From positions 36,766,001 through 36,830,000 of the forward strand of contig NC_047023.1 of the NCBI RefSeq assembly GCF_902652985.1: a DNA stretch of 64,000 nt. The letters are read 5' to 3'. Made by a program: the position numbers and the translations under genes. Below, in pieces: positions 26,837-40,558 of this stretch (positions within the stretch are counted from its first letter, which is position 1; each line of letters starts with the position of its first letter). Source of the stretch: Pecten maximus. Its lineage: Eukaryota. The notes beneath the pieces are model-generated. The model saw only the letters and a program-made list of their open reading frames with translations. It was not told the origin of the DNA and ran no database searches.

Positions 26837-29565
26837 CGAGTTATCGTCCCTTACTACACTTCATTCTTTATTGAAGCCATGTAATTATATGTTCCTACAT
26901 GCTACCGCGCTGATGTGTATACTGGTATTCAACGTTTTATCTTTTACAATTCTATCGGCACAATGTTATATATGCCGGTGTTGATTATGTTTCACAGAGC
27001 AACATATTGCGTTTTCACTTTTTCCTTACAACATCTTGCTATGCACAAATGCACAAATGTATAATGCATGTAGAAGGAATTCCTTTTCTATTCCCTAGAA
27101 TACATTAAAGTACTCGATAACGTTTGTAAGTTATAGCAATAGCTACACGTACAAGTTTGCACTATCTTTAGTAGATTTGGATTTTAAATATGTATTGGGA
27201 TGTGTAAGTGGAAAACAATGAGTTCCACACTAGGATGAAAAGACAGCAAACTAGTGATAAATTGCATCGCATTGTCAATTGATAGAGGTTTATCGCTTGT
27301 TTTTGTTCAGATTGGACAACATACCAACTTCGAATCGCCTGATAAAAACCTAATGCAAAAATAATCACCTGACAACAAGCTCCCTGACTATTGCCGCCGA
27401 CTCGGTCTTCGAGCGTAGGATGGCCCATAATGACCACCACTGTGTCGATCGGTTTTCCATCACTCATTGATTTATTCCTTGTTCACAGACCAGTTTACTA
27501 CTTCCGGTTTTAGCTAATTCTCCAGCCTCGTCCATGATGTTTGAGGTCCACGAAGGGAATATATCATATTTTGTAAACATTATACGTGTACTTCTTTCAT
27601 ATCATTTTATATGATACACGTCGTTCATTGTTTAATAATATTTTCATCTTTTTCGATAATTTATCTTATTCCCAATATACATATATATATTTACATTTTG
27701 AGTGTATGTTTCCCAGATGTATTCTGCAAAATGATCCTTATCATAATGAAACATTGTCTAGAACACGAGACTCGCGACTGATATGAATTATAGGATAATA
27801 AAACAAAAATTATTATCCTAAATATCGAACCATCTTCACCGCGCTTGTATACATGAACGACCTTCGTCTTGTGCATTATGAGTATGTGCGCCAGTTTATT
27901 TTTAATGGCCGTCATAAATATACAATTGCATTTAATTGAGGGAGAAATGTACTTTACACATTTGAGTGTCAGGAGTGCACTGAAGCTGTGTATGTTGTAA
28001 TCTTACGATCTGTGGAGACCAAAATAGAGCAGTACGACCACCGACAGCAGACCTTCAGACGGATGTATATATGCTCTCCGGCTTATGCTTGTATGTAACT
28101 TTTGTAGAAACGAAAACTGTATATCTGTATCTCATGTTCCACAACAACAGCCTTCACGACCGGGGTATTTACTTAATTATATCATACATTCGATAGATAC
28201 TGTCATATTAGTGTTACGGATTTCGTTTTAAATATTTACATTTGATACAAAATGTACAATATTGCAAAAATTGTCTCAATATGAAAGGGCATTGCTTTAT
28301 CAACTGAGTTTTTATCTACATACCATACGACAATGATACAATTATAACTTTATTGGATATAACCATTCGTTGTTGTTTATGATAATATCGTTCGTTCTGC
28401 TTTTCTGTTAGTTTCATTTAACATACAAATGTACAATAGTAAACGAGTATATCTGAAATAAATTTTAAACAAGAAAACGTTGGAAAATCGCGAAAAAAGA
28501 AGAGAGAGTAGTGTATTAGGAACAGTTTAGCCTCTGTCACTCAGCTGAGCGAGCATATTTCTTTGGATAAACAACAAGAATATCAGCAACAACAACAATG
28601 TACGTTATCGATATTGAGCTATTTCAATAAATGTATAACTATCCAATCTTACTTATACAAAAATGCAGTGATTCCTTGCATTAGCGATTTCTACATGATT
28701 AAACTGTAAACCCTACGATTGGGGATCTGGAAAAATAAAACCTGCCTTACACCAGTGTTACTGAACTGTTGGGGCATGATTTGATCTGAAGCTTCCTCCA
28801 ACAATATTTCGTGAAGGAATCTGTCTATCATTTTTATAGCTATACTCAACAAAAATCTTGCTAGGCACGTGTAACTGTTGTATGAATACCCATTGACTTG
28901 AGAGCTCTCGTCTATTCCTGCTGACTTTGGAGATAAGCGTCATTCAAATGATAAATTTCCGACTATCATTTTGCTAAATATGAAATATTGATAGATAGAC
29001 TTTCGCCTTTTTGACTCTTTCTGATTACTTTGGTGATCATAAGTATGACTTAGTTTAGGACAAATGATTTTACCGGTGTTTTAAAACACACGCTTCAACA
29101 TGGTGCAACTTGCTTAATAGAATCATCGCCTACATCAACACCATCAGTTTAGCAGGATATAGTTTCAGATGATAAGTCACACTTAACAACATGTTGCTTC
29201 TGCACTTCTGCTGTATTTGATTCTACTACAGTAAGATGACTCTGAGACGATATAAAATCATAACACAAAATTCACCGAAATCAAATTATGCTAGATGCAT
29301 CACAATTAATCAATCCAATTAAACAATCCTATGAATACGTATTGGCAGACTGATAGACATTATCTACATTATCATTTATTGAATAATTGATCGATAGATT
29401 GGGGCTAGAGCTATATGAGGACGGAACTATGAAGATGTCATCTTCGTCTATACGTCATGTAAAAACAAAACTCTATGGAGATTTTATAGTGCTATCAAAC
29501 CAAGTATCAATGTTATGTGTATGAAACGCATTCCGGTACAGGCCATCAAAGGAGAAGTAATGTGA

Positions 29566-29678
29566 TTTTGGTACGTTAGGTGGATTCAGTTTTTGTAAGT
29601 TGTTTTATAAATGAGGTAGTTTTGATACGTTAGGTGGATTCAGTTTTTGTAAGTTGTTTTATAAATTAGGCAGTTTTG
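29566..29678. repeat. 54-bp tandem duplication
   Basis: TTTTG(G/A)TACGTTAGGTGGATTCAGTTTTTGTAAGTTGTTTTATAAAT occurs at 29566 and 29620. Confidence 0.95.
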
Positions 29679-32069
29679 ACAAAAAAACATCTGACTTATC
29701 ATGACTCCATGTAAATAGACTTTCTCGGTACAAACATACTGTGTCAGTTTATATGTCTTTGTTCCCTAATGTAACTTGACCCTAACATAATAATATGAAG
29801 GACTGACGGTGATCATTGAGTATGTCCAGTCCTAAACGTGGACTAAAGTTAACGTTCTAGAAACCCGTTGAGATATTTTGTTAAAGGAGTATTTTCTTAT
29901 GTTACTGTCACGTGCATGTATTTAAAGTTGTATTATGACCATGGGCCAACACATTGTCTCATATTGGGAATAGTGTATGTTTGTGGCATTGCATTGAATC
30001 TTAAAGTTCCTTCTGAGTTCACCGTAACTTGCAAAACCAGCAGCCCAATTTGTCAGATTAACGCTAGCTGTTAGTTCTTTTCACCATTTACGTTTGTCAT
30101 TTCATACTTGGATTTTCCGTTAGTTCCGTGTTTCATTTCAATTGCTACTAATCTTTTTAAAGCCAGCATGAGTTGTCTGAGGAATCTATAATATCGTCTC
30201 TGTATTATGTCCTTATGCCCATCTCTTCTGAGAATACACACCCCGACTAGTTTAAAACCTGCAAGGGTGATCGCCTAGATAAGATATTCATCATGTGCAT
30301 TGAGTTGCAACGAATGTGTCATTTAATAAAACGAAGAATCAATAAAAACAAAATATCGGTTCCAATTGACAAATCAATCGCATTTACGCTTTTGTTTGTA
30401 CTTGATTCAATTACAGTGGTTCGTGACAAAGGGACATTACAAGATAGAAAATGACTTCAACATGATTTGATATTTTTGTTAGACACCATCAGATTTATCC
30501 GGAAGACAAAGTGTAGCTATGTATGATTTCTTCCTGAAGGAATAAAACCAATATATCAGATATGACAGGGTAGTAGTTCCAGTGAATACCGTTTGGCGTC
30601 GCTGATATTGTGGCGAGAGTAACGAATCTAAAATAGCATACATCTCGTGTGTAGCCATTGTCAGACGAATACAAAGAAGTTACCTGCAAAAATATAAATG
30701 TTACAATTTTATTAAATGACACAATAGTTGCAAAAATTAAAATCTGTAAAACGACCGTAGGAAATAAACATTTTTAGCGGAGATGGTGATTTTTGTAATG
30801 CAAATATCGTGAAGTCTATATAAATTGCAATGGCCATATTGACACTCCCTCTCGCAAGCAGGGGGTCTCCAAGGTGAGGCATACATATTTTCTAAAACAT
30901 TTCCAATGTATCAACAGGGTCGTTTCAACTGCAAAAATCGATATAAAGCATTACTTTAATGAAGAAGAGTATTGCATTTAGCCAAGGCCAATGTTGTCCT
31001 TATCAATGTAAAATATCTAATATAATATTAACAACGAACGTGTCAACTAAATATCGTCCATAATGGGACGCCATAACTAAATACATCAAATTTTCTCCGT
31101 TATCAACCCAAAAATCAGATGTTCTGTCTGATTCAATACTATTGACGAGCTTGCAATGAGGGGAAGCTCTACAATGTATCTTTCCCAGGCATTCGGATCG
31201 GCTCCCGGGGCATTACTTCCCAAACACCGTTTTTGACGTAGGGGAATTGGGAGTACTCTATCGGGTTCACTTCGAAAAATGATACCGTAAGCATCACTAG
31301 GATACATTAATGATTTTTTAATATGTCAAATATTGACCTGGCCACCATCGTAGAATTAACTGTCATTGTAATTTGATTTTCTATGACTCTCGGACATTGC
31401 TGCCAACCTCGGGGACTTGGTCTCACTCCTCAGAGTCAGCTTCGTCACGCACGATATCGCACCCCGTCATACACGAATTCCTGTTTTTGCAAATTCGTGA
31501 ATAATGATTGATACAATTTACAGTTTACAACTATTTTCGGCCATAGCTGATCAGAAATTTTATTTGATTGAAAAACAGTAAAAAAGAACAACTAAGATAA
31601 TTATATGATCATAGCGAACCTTGTCCTAATTCAACAAAGGCAAAACCTAGCATACTTATAACGATGTTTCCTTCTTTGTCTTTTGTACTATCAATCGGAG
31701 GCATTGACTAGTATTTAACTTAACTGGGTAAATGATGACACAACCATCAATCGTCCCGAAGAAATAATCAAAATACAAATGATACGGCGTTTGTTTTATT
31801 GATAAATCGCTATTGGGTAACAGAGATCTGCTGCTTTGTTATATATATATTCACTATTGTGTAAAACAGCGGAGGCATATCAAAACATTAAATATACCTT
31901 CATAAAACGTGGTTAAATACACACAAAAGATTGACACGGAGATCATTGAAAAAGTATAAGGACACTTCTTGTTCCTGGGTTGTCAGCATTAATTTTAATA
32001 ACCAATTACACTCGTCATGTAAATCAATGTCACGTTCAGAAAATGTCACGTTCTCAAAATGAATACCAG

Positions 32070-32545
32070 CGTAGTGAAAACAGTAAAAGATGATAGCGAT
32101 AACAGTATTCAGGGAGTAAGATAGCGATAACGGTATTTGGTTTGTAAAACAGTTAAAATGGCATTTAGTCTGAAAAATAGTGATAGTATTTAAAGTGAAA
32201 GATAATGAAAACAGTATCTAAGGTGACAGATAGCGATCACAACAAAACGAAAAATAGTACTGACAGTATTTAGGATGAAATATAGTGCTAACAGTTAAAA
32301 AAAGTAATGACAGTATTTATTCTGCAAGATAGTAATAACAGTATTTTGTCTGAAAGACAGTGATAGCAGTGTTCTGTCAATAAAATAGTGATCACGGTTT
32401 TCAGTTTTTAACATAGTAATAACAGTATTTAGTTTGAAAGATGGTGAAAGCAGTATCTAGTCTGAAAAATAGAGAAAACATTATTTTGGGCGATAGATAT
32501 CGATAACGGTATTTAGTCTGAAAGATAATAATAACTGTATCTTGT
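32070..32545. repeat. Old, highly diverged minisatellite, about 28-bp unit (consensus near ATAGTRATAACAGTATTTAGTCTGAAAG)
   Basis: Recurrent AACAGTATT / TCTGAAA words at about 28-bp spacing, clearest at 32413-32540. Confidence 0.75.
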
Positions 32546-32622
32546 TTGTACAATATTTTTTGTGTGTACAAGACTTGTAAAAAATGAGACAATTCTTCTA
32601 TACGTCAATTTGAACAATAACT

Positions 32623-32623
<1 letters not shown>

Positions 32624-32658
<35 letters not shown>
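32624..32658. repeat. Poly-C run (35 C)
   Basis: Direct count; the length may be unreliable in the assembly. Confidence 0.97.
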
Positions 32659-32661
<3 letters not shown>

Positions 32662-35600
32662 CAAACAAATGAAAAGTCTTATGATTTAAACAATCTCTTG
32701 CATTACATCATTACATTTTTGCCGTAAAAGTCCATTACAGTATTGTTGATGAAATGATCCAACCAGCATTTATGAGTTTATAAAGATATTTTACTTTATG
32801 CTATAATCGAAAGCAGCTCTCTCTTATAAATATTCTTGTATGAAAGAAAAGCTTGAAACATATAAAAAAAAGTAATCTCATGTTGATACAAGGTGTATAA
32901 AGACATTGTGTATTGACATTATCGTGGGCTATATAGCAGCTCTCGATGGCGTCTCTTTATTGAATAACATTTGGTTTTAACACTGTATAAAGAGTGACAG
33001 TTGTTCTGATTAACGTTGAAAACAGACAGAACAGTCCCGTTAAAAATTCTATATCAAAGAATAAATAAATCCCCACAGTCAACCATATCTGCTTACATAC
33101 TGTAAAACCAATGGTAGACTATTGGAGAATCTGCAAGTGAATATGCATCATACAGTGAACGATCCCATGCTAACCTGCCAAAATCGATGCAGACCGATAC
33201 CCTCGACTATCAACTGTAGGTAACTGGGTCTCTAAGATAAATATTTAATGGTAAAACTATTAAATAGGCGATATACAATAACATTGTTACGCCTTTACTC
33301 ATCGAGCTAATCAAGTTTACATTTCTGTCGATGGACTAACATGCAACGATAAGTGTATAAATATACAACAAAAGCGAATTATAGTTTTGATGGAGAGCAA
33401 AAGTTCCGGACGATATGCCAATACACACATAAATATCATTATGTGAGCCACAAAGTTCTGAATCCAACGCATATAAAATTGATTTGATGTACGAAGGAAG
33501 CGTATCATGTGGTAGACACACACGAGACTGATCTTGTGTAGTAAACAAGCCTTCCTGGTTTCAGCTAGATAAGCATTCCTGAAAGACCGTCATTATGGTT
33601 CGTCAATTATTGTATTTGAAATTGGACTATTTGGTTCGCAAATATGTCAGTTTCCATTTATATAGTAGGACAGGATGCATTTTATTGCGAAAATCTTGGA
33701 AATTGTAAAAGGCACTGGTTCCCTGCGGATAATGATAACTTAATAAGACTCAAGCAAAGTCCACTATCCTCGTTATGTACGGATTACAATGCTCTATTTA
33801 TGTCTATGTTAGACTGATCCTTACCTGATGTTGTGGACAGATACAGGCTATTATACATTTACCGTTACTGTACAGCAATTAGTCAATACCCAATTCAAAA
33901 CCGAATATACTGTGCGGTTACAAAATAGGCATATGTATTACTTGCAAAGAACTACATAAAATGGAGGATTTGAAGAAAAAATTGAATTAAGTCCCCTGGA
34001 AAATCTAGTTGTTTCCCATAATGTGCTTTCATTGCAGGAAGACAAAAGTTAAAAGCTCTAGAACCCAGACTAGTGACGCCAGGATTTCTAGCTTCAATAC
34101 ACCCTTCCTACGTTTAGGGATTGTTGGGAGTATATATTGCACAGACACACTATACGAGATGGATATATTCTAGTATTAATGAGCTTTATTAGAAGATTTA
34201 AGTAAAATACAAACTAATAAGACCCCTTTGGTCGTTTGAGAACGATTTTCTTCGTCAAGGGTGTTCTGCTCTTCAGACACCAAAACGCCCAAGTACTGCT
34301 ACTTCCATATATCTTATCTCTGTTGTGCACATATTAACACTACAGGTATAGCCAGGGTGAATATTGTCTATTCAAACCATATACACCAGGTAAAGAAAAT
34401 TGAAGAAGATTAAAAGTAAATAAACCCCTTTGTACTTTTACCTTTTAACGTTTTAGTAGAAATCACCATTTCTGTGATGAACCTACACAGCATGTAGACA
34501 GGCATTACAGGAAATGGGTTGGTTATACGGGCTTAAGTTGGAATCGATCTTGCATGTACTGCTAGCTTTCCGATGCTCTATTTATGCACGCGCGGAAAAT
34601 TAAAACAAAATAAGTTTGAAGTGTAAGGTTTTGTGTCATTTAACTAAGATAACTACAAGCAGTTGATGTTATAGCAACTTATCAAATTAAGAATATTTTA
34701 AAATACTTTTTATATCATGATACAATAGCAACTCATATCCAACGAAAGCCAAACACAGCTTTGACACTGGTTCAATAGAACGTTCGCAATAACAAGACAA
34801 CAAAATGCAGCATCAATGGGATACTCTCTAGTAGAATCAATTGCCCTCGAGAAAAATGAAAACTTGTTTAAGTTCAATATGACTTCGTCGTCTTGTTTAA
34901 ACACTCCGGTACGTGCACGATGTACGGACGAATGCATGTGAGCATATGGCAATCGATTATCTACCGTGTATATTGTGAGATGATAATACGATTGCAAATA
35001 TGGTACTGAACGTTCAGAACACCAGTTAAAGGTATTGCAATAGATCGCTTCGTTTAATGTGTAACTTGATATAAAACACTTAGCATTATTCCTATGCGAC
35101 ATATGGTCTTTGATGATAGGTAGGGGAGGAACAAGAATACACTTATAGAATGACGAGTTATTTAGTAGATAAACACTTCACCGTACAATGTCACCATGTA
35201 TTAAGATAAAGCAGTAACCTAAAAATATATTAAAAAAGCTTTTAGTCTATGTTTTATTAAGCCATTAAATACACTTTTTGTGACCTTCTTACGTTTATTC
35301 TTATATGTTATCCGATTTAGATAAAATGATCAAATCATCAATTTACACATTTTCAAACCAGTAGTATGGTTTATTTCAGTAGGGAGATAATAGTGTCAAG
35401 AAAATATCTGATTGAAGTTACATAAATGACAATATTTGCGAGCTTATGTTAAAACAATGAAAACGTAATAAGATTACTCTCTACCTAAGTAATGGTAATG
35501 TAAGATAGCCCTTTACTCGGGCCATATACCCTGACGTACACGTTTACATGTATGATATGAGAACGACTCTTACATTAATGTTCATGGATAGTCAAACCAA

Positions 35601-36497
35601 TAATGACGTGTACTAAAACCATACGTAGAGGATATTGTTGTTTAATTAAACATTCCAGTACAATGTTAGCAAAATATTGATGTCTTTGTAGAAATTGTTT
35701 GAAATGTAGATACGCGAGGTACAATGTACATGTACATGTGTTTGTCAATTGGGTAACGACAGAGGCTAAAGATGCTTACATTCACAAGTTGACAGATGTC
35801 GACTGCTAATGCAGATTAACAACACACGGTTTCGAGAGATTCAGGTTGATAAAGATCATGGGGAAGTATAACTGTCGACATTGGGATCTCATTTGAAAAT
35901 ATTCTTCTATTGATGCTGTTGATATAACCAGTAATTAATTCCGTTGTCACTTACCTAACTCTCATTTGAGATTGTGACTTAGCCTAGACCTAGATTTGTT
36001 GCCGATGAAGGAGAATTCTTTTACGGAGAGGTGTTATTCTGTACTTTTACAGGCCTCGCCATGCAAATATCTACTAGTATTTATGTTTGTATTTTGTCGA
36101 TTTTGAGTTTGAATTATTGTTTCGTTATAATGTTGGTATATTTTTGTTGTTCTGATAGCGTATTCATTGTATTTACAATAAATGAGACAGTTCAAGAGAG
36201 CGTTGGATAAATGGTTTCCTGGGCCCTTTTTTCTGAAAGAAAGTTCTACCAATATATAATTATTCCAGAGTTTTCTTCAGTCACACTAGTTGACGATAGC
36301 AGATCACAGCCACCAACTCCTCTTTGACCTTTAGACGTTTACATAACGTTCGGACGATGGTAAGAATAGAGTCGAAGCAACTACGCAACGAGTTCCGTAA
36401 TTACCAATTTCACAACAGAACGAACTCCTATGTAATATCCGGTCCAGGATTGGATTTGAGATGTATAATTCATATGAGGTATTGTATTTTGGCTATC

Positions 36498-36512
36498 GAC
36501 GCCACCTAGTGT
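36498..36512 (-). promoter_or_regulatory. Single CTCF-like motif (ACACTAGGTGGCGTC on minus strand)
   Basis: Matches the core of the CCASYAGRKGGCRS consensus with flank mismatches. Same orientation as the 48.9-kb triplet. Confidence 0.35.
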
Positions 36513-36646
36513 TTACTGTCGAAGTTCAATACTGATGACGAATATGTATTTAGACAATACACAGTAATCTTGAAAGAGACTATGGAACAAAATTAAACTG
36601 GAATGTTAAAAAGGGGAAAAATTGCATATCTTGTTTACGTATGTCG

Positions 36647-37478
36647 CATTTAGAAACATTGGTCTATCATTAAGAAACATTGCTCTATCATTAAGAAACA
36701 TTGCTCTATCATTAAGAAACATTGGTCTATAATTAAGATACATTGGTCTATCATTTAGAAACATTGGTATATCATTAAGATACATTGGTCTATCATTTAG
36801 AAACATTGGTATATCATTAAGAAACATTGGTCTATCACTTAGAAACATTGGTTTATCATTTAGTAACATTGGTCTATCATTTAGAAACATTGTTTTATCA
36901 TTTAGAAACATTGGCATATCATTAAGAAACATTGGTCTATTATTAAGAAACATTGGTCTATCATTTAGAAACATTGGTCTATCATTAAGAAACATTGGTC
37001 TAACATTTAGAAACATTGGTCGATAATTAAGAAACATTGGTCTATAATTAAGAAACATTGGTCTATCATTTAGAAACATTGGTTTATCATTTAAAAACAT
37101 TGGTCTATCATTTAGAAACATTGGTCTAACATTCAGAAACATTGGTCTATAATTTAGAAACATTGGTCTAACATTTAGAAACATTGCTCTATCATTTAGT
37201 AACATTGCTCTATCATTTAGAAACATTGGTCTATCATTTAGAAACATTGCTTTATCATTTAGAAACATTGGCATATCATTAAGAAACATTGGTCTATTAT
37301 TAAGAAACATTGGGTTTATCATTTAGAAACATTGGTCTATCATTAAGAAACATTGGTCTATCATTAAGAACATTGGTCTATCATTAAGAAACATTGGTCT
37401 ATAATTAAAAAAACATTGGTCTATAATTAAGAAAAATTGGTCTAACATTTAGAAACATTGGTCTAACATTTAAAAACA
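36647..37478. repeat. Minisatellite, 21-bp unit CATTTAGAAACATTGGTCTAT, about 39 copies
   Basis: Read directly. Explains the 238-aa MFLNDRP-repeat pseudo-ORF. Confidence 0.97.
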
Positions 37479-40413
37479 AAATGTTCTCAGTTGCACATTA
37501 TTATATTTTGTATCAATAAGACGGGTTGTTTATCATTATAAATTATCATTTTCATCTCGCTGGTTATTTCAAGTGTTGCTGCAAGCGATGTTGACACTAT
37601 TTATATTGGTAGGATGTGTTCCAATTGAAAAACTATATTTATCAGTGAACACGATGAAGACACCGCAAATAACATCATGTTTGAATTTCGCCTGTGTTGC
37701 TTTCAAAACACGAATCCCTGAAGATGGAATAGCGATAAAATGTGCTGTCGCAAGCACACTGGAATTCCTAACTCAATTGCAAGATTTAAAAAACAGCACA
37801 CCACCCACAGATTGAGGCAGTATTCCTGTAGTGTTTTACGGAATTAGATCTACAATCCCAAGTATCATTCCGTATTGCCTGGTCGTCTGCTCCACTGGCG
37901 CGCGCCAAATCCGTGTCCTCAAAAGATAAGGCTGGAAACAGGAGATGACGTTTGAGATTACTACGCCGAGGAGTAATGAGGCTTTTCTGTTCAAACCTAA
38001 TTAGTAGCTGATAAAGCGGAAGATTTCCCTTCGTGCCTGCCACTTAGGTTATTGATATAACAATAATGTTAAAACACGACTTCATTTGTCCTAACACCGG
38101 TCACACGCCGATAGCGTCCGCCCTGTGTGTCATCCCTTGTCCTCGAACACGCCATCGCTATATTAGTGTGCATAAGAGCCTTCTCTGTGACTACGACTGG
38201 ATTAATGTTAATCTTACTGCGAGGTAGCTCCTTTTCGTGTGCTGCATATCTCTGTCGATTATTTTCGTAGCTTTTCGACCAATTGAGACATTTTAAGCTT
38301 TCGTACAGAATGCTATCAAACCATGCAACGTTATAATATGACCAGGATATTATCAATGAATGCGAGTTCATGCTCGTTTGTACTGGTAGAGATGTTAGGA
38401 TTTTGCCATTTCTGTCTAGATCCTTTCTCGATATTAGGGGCCAGTATCGTTATGATAAACTCCCTCGTATACTTTTCCGATTCGAACTCCGACACATCGT
38501 AGTTACTCGATGTCCTTTCAGTCTAATCATTTTGTCTGGCTCCTGAGAGAAAATTGATGTATTTTGATCTAGTTTATATACAAAGAATAAAAATCATTGT
38601 TGCACCCATTTAAAATAAATTATTTCTATCTATATCATTGTGTGTCTTCCTGTTGGAATTGCTCACCACTTGGACAGCACAGTAAACTATATTAGTTACA
38701 TGTACTATAATGCCATCCTCTGACATCTCAATAATCGAGATTACACCCAAACGACCAATCTCGAGGAGTTTTGACTCTCTTATGTGACAATTTAAGTGTT
38801 TGATTTACGATTGTCCTTTAAATCTAAGAAATGTTTCTGTTAAACTATGTTTACTTACTGTTTGTATAAATATTAGATATTATTTCTTTTATCTTTTAAT
38901 CTTACGCAAAATACAAATAATTGACGCGTTGTCATTTGTACATTATTGTTGTTACAGAGATATGTCCATAAATGACATCACAAATCTTTCTCTAATGTCT
39001 ATACTATGTGAGTCAGTTACAGTATAACTAATCTATGCCTATTCATAGAGTTGATACAAGAGTAAAAATACAGCACCATCACAGGTAACCCTAGCTCACA
39101 GCGAAATACTCTGGGTCTTTTTTGGCATAAACACAAGAGGTTATGCTATTGGAAATGCAACAAAACTGTATTCATGAATTCACATAACGTCTCTTTATTA
39201 AAGATACAAATGATATATTCCTCTGTATATTTCCTACAAAGTACATTTACTTTCGACAACAAACGCTAGGAAATTAAATGAAAAATTTCGAAAGAGTTTG
39301 AAATGAATTGATAATTTTCTTTCCTCAAGTTTACAATACATGCAACAACGATAGAAGGTCTAGACGTCACACATCAATCAAACGCATTGTGATGTGATAC
39401 AAGGAAAGGCTTTGACGATATAAAACAGCAAGCAATACTATGATTTAAGTACACATGTGTATGGGAAAGGGTTTTATTTCGCTACTGTTTCTACATCATC
39501 TATCATAGCATATCGCAAAGTAAAAGACACGCGTGATATAGTCCTATCGATCCCAGTGAGACATATAGTCGGCTTTATGATATTACCTCATATTTGGAAA
39601 TAAAATCAGAAGCCATTTACATACTTCTAAACAATAAAGAGTTCAAATGTCTGGAAACGAGGCTCCGTTACAATGGTGGACATCCGAACGTCTCCTACAA
39701 TTGTCATTTGAAATACAGATATGATTTCCATAAGTACGGTCTAATTGAAGTCATTAGTTATAGACCGTGATAAGGATATGTGTGTTTGATGCTAAACGGA
39801 TGACGAGTTAGCTATCTATATGGAAATTTTGTCATATCGTACTATTACTAAAAACAACTAAATTGACCGAACAAGTCTATATAACTGGGACAAATAAGAC
39901 ATTGTTAATGGAGCTCGTTTTAAAGTAATGGGTTTTGTTTCGTTTAACTTGTAGAGGGTTAAACACTCCCACATAATGATCGTTATAGTAGGTCCATATC
40001 ACTAAATCGTCTCGCTGCTTCTAGCGGCCACTCCGGCGTACATTATGGTCAAGTATGCACGATGTTCGTTGGATAATTTTTCACTCAGAAACCGTGGCTG
40101 TTCGACTGATAGCTTGCCATAAATGACACCATAACCAATCCTATCAATAACAGAAGGGCAAGGTTTTTATATTGTCTTAATATAAACATAGCGTTCAAAT
40201 TATGTTCAAAGACAAAGGGAAACATTTGTATATTATAGGACCCCTGTTTCTAATCTAACTTCAATATCATCCGAGTCCTATCGAACTTCAATGCTCTCCA
40301 AATCCAATCTATTCCCGGTGTTTACCTCCAAACAGCCAGATCCTGGTTATTGGTAGCGATCATATTTTCTATCATAGCAGTATTTGCTTTAAACTAACAT
40401 TACAGCATTTTAT

Positions 40414-40558
40414 NNNNNNNNNNNNNNNNNNNNNNNNNNNNNNNNNNNNNNNNNNNNNNNNNNNNNNNNNNNNNNNNNNNNNNNNNNNNNNNNNNNNNNN
40501 NNNNNNNNNNNNNNNNNNNNNNNNNNNNNNNNNNNNNNNNNNNNNNNNNNNNNNNNNN
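40414..40558. other. Assembly gap (145 N)
   Basis: Run of N. Confidence 1.

Noticed and set aside
36606-37322. 238-aa MFLNDRP-repeat ORF
   Set aside because: Translation of the 21-bp minisatellite; the array extends beyond the ORF with frameshifting units.
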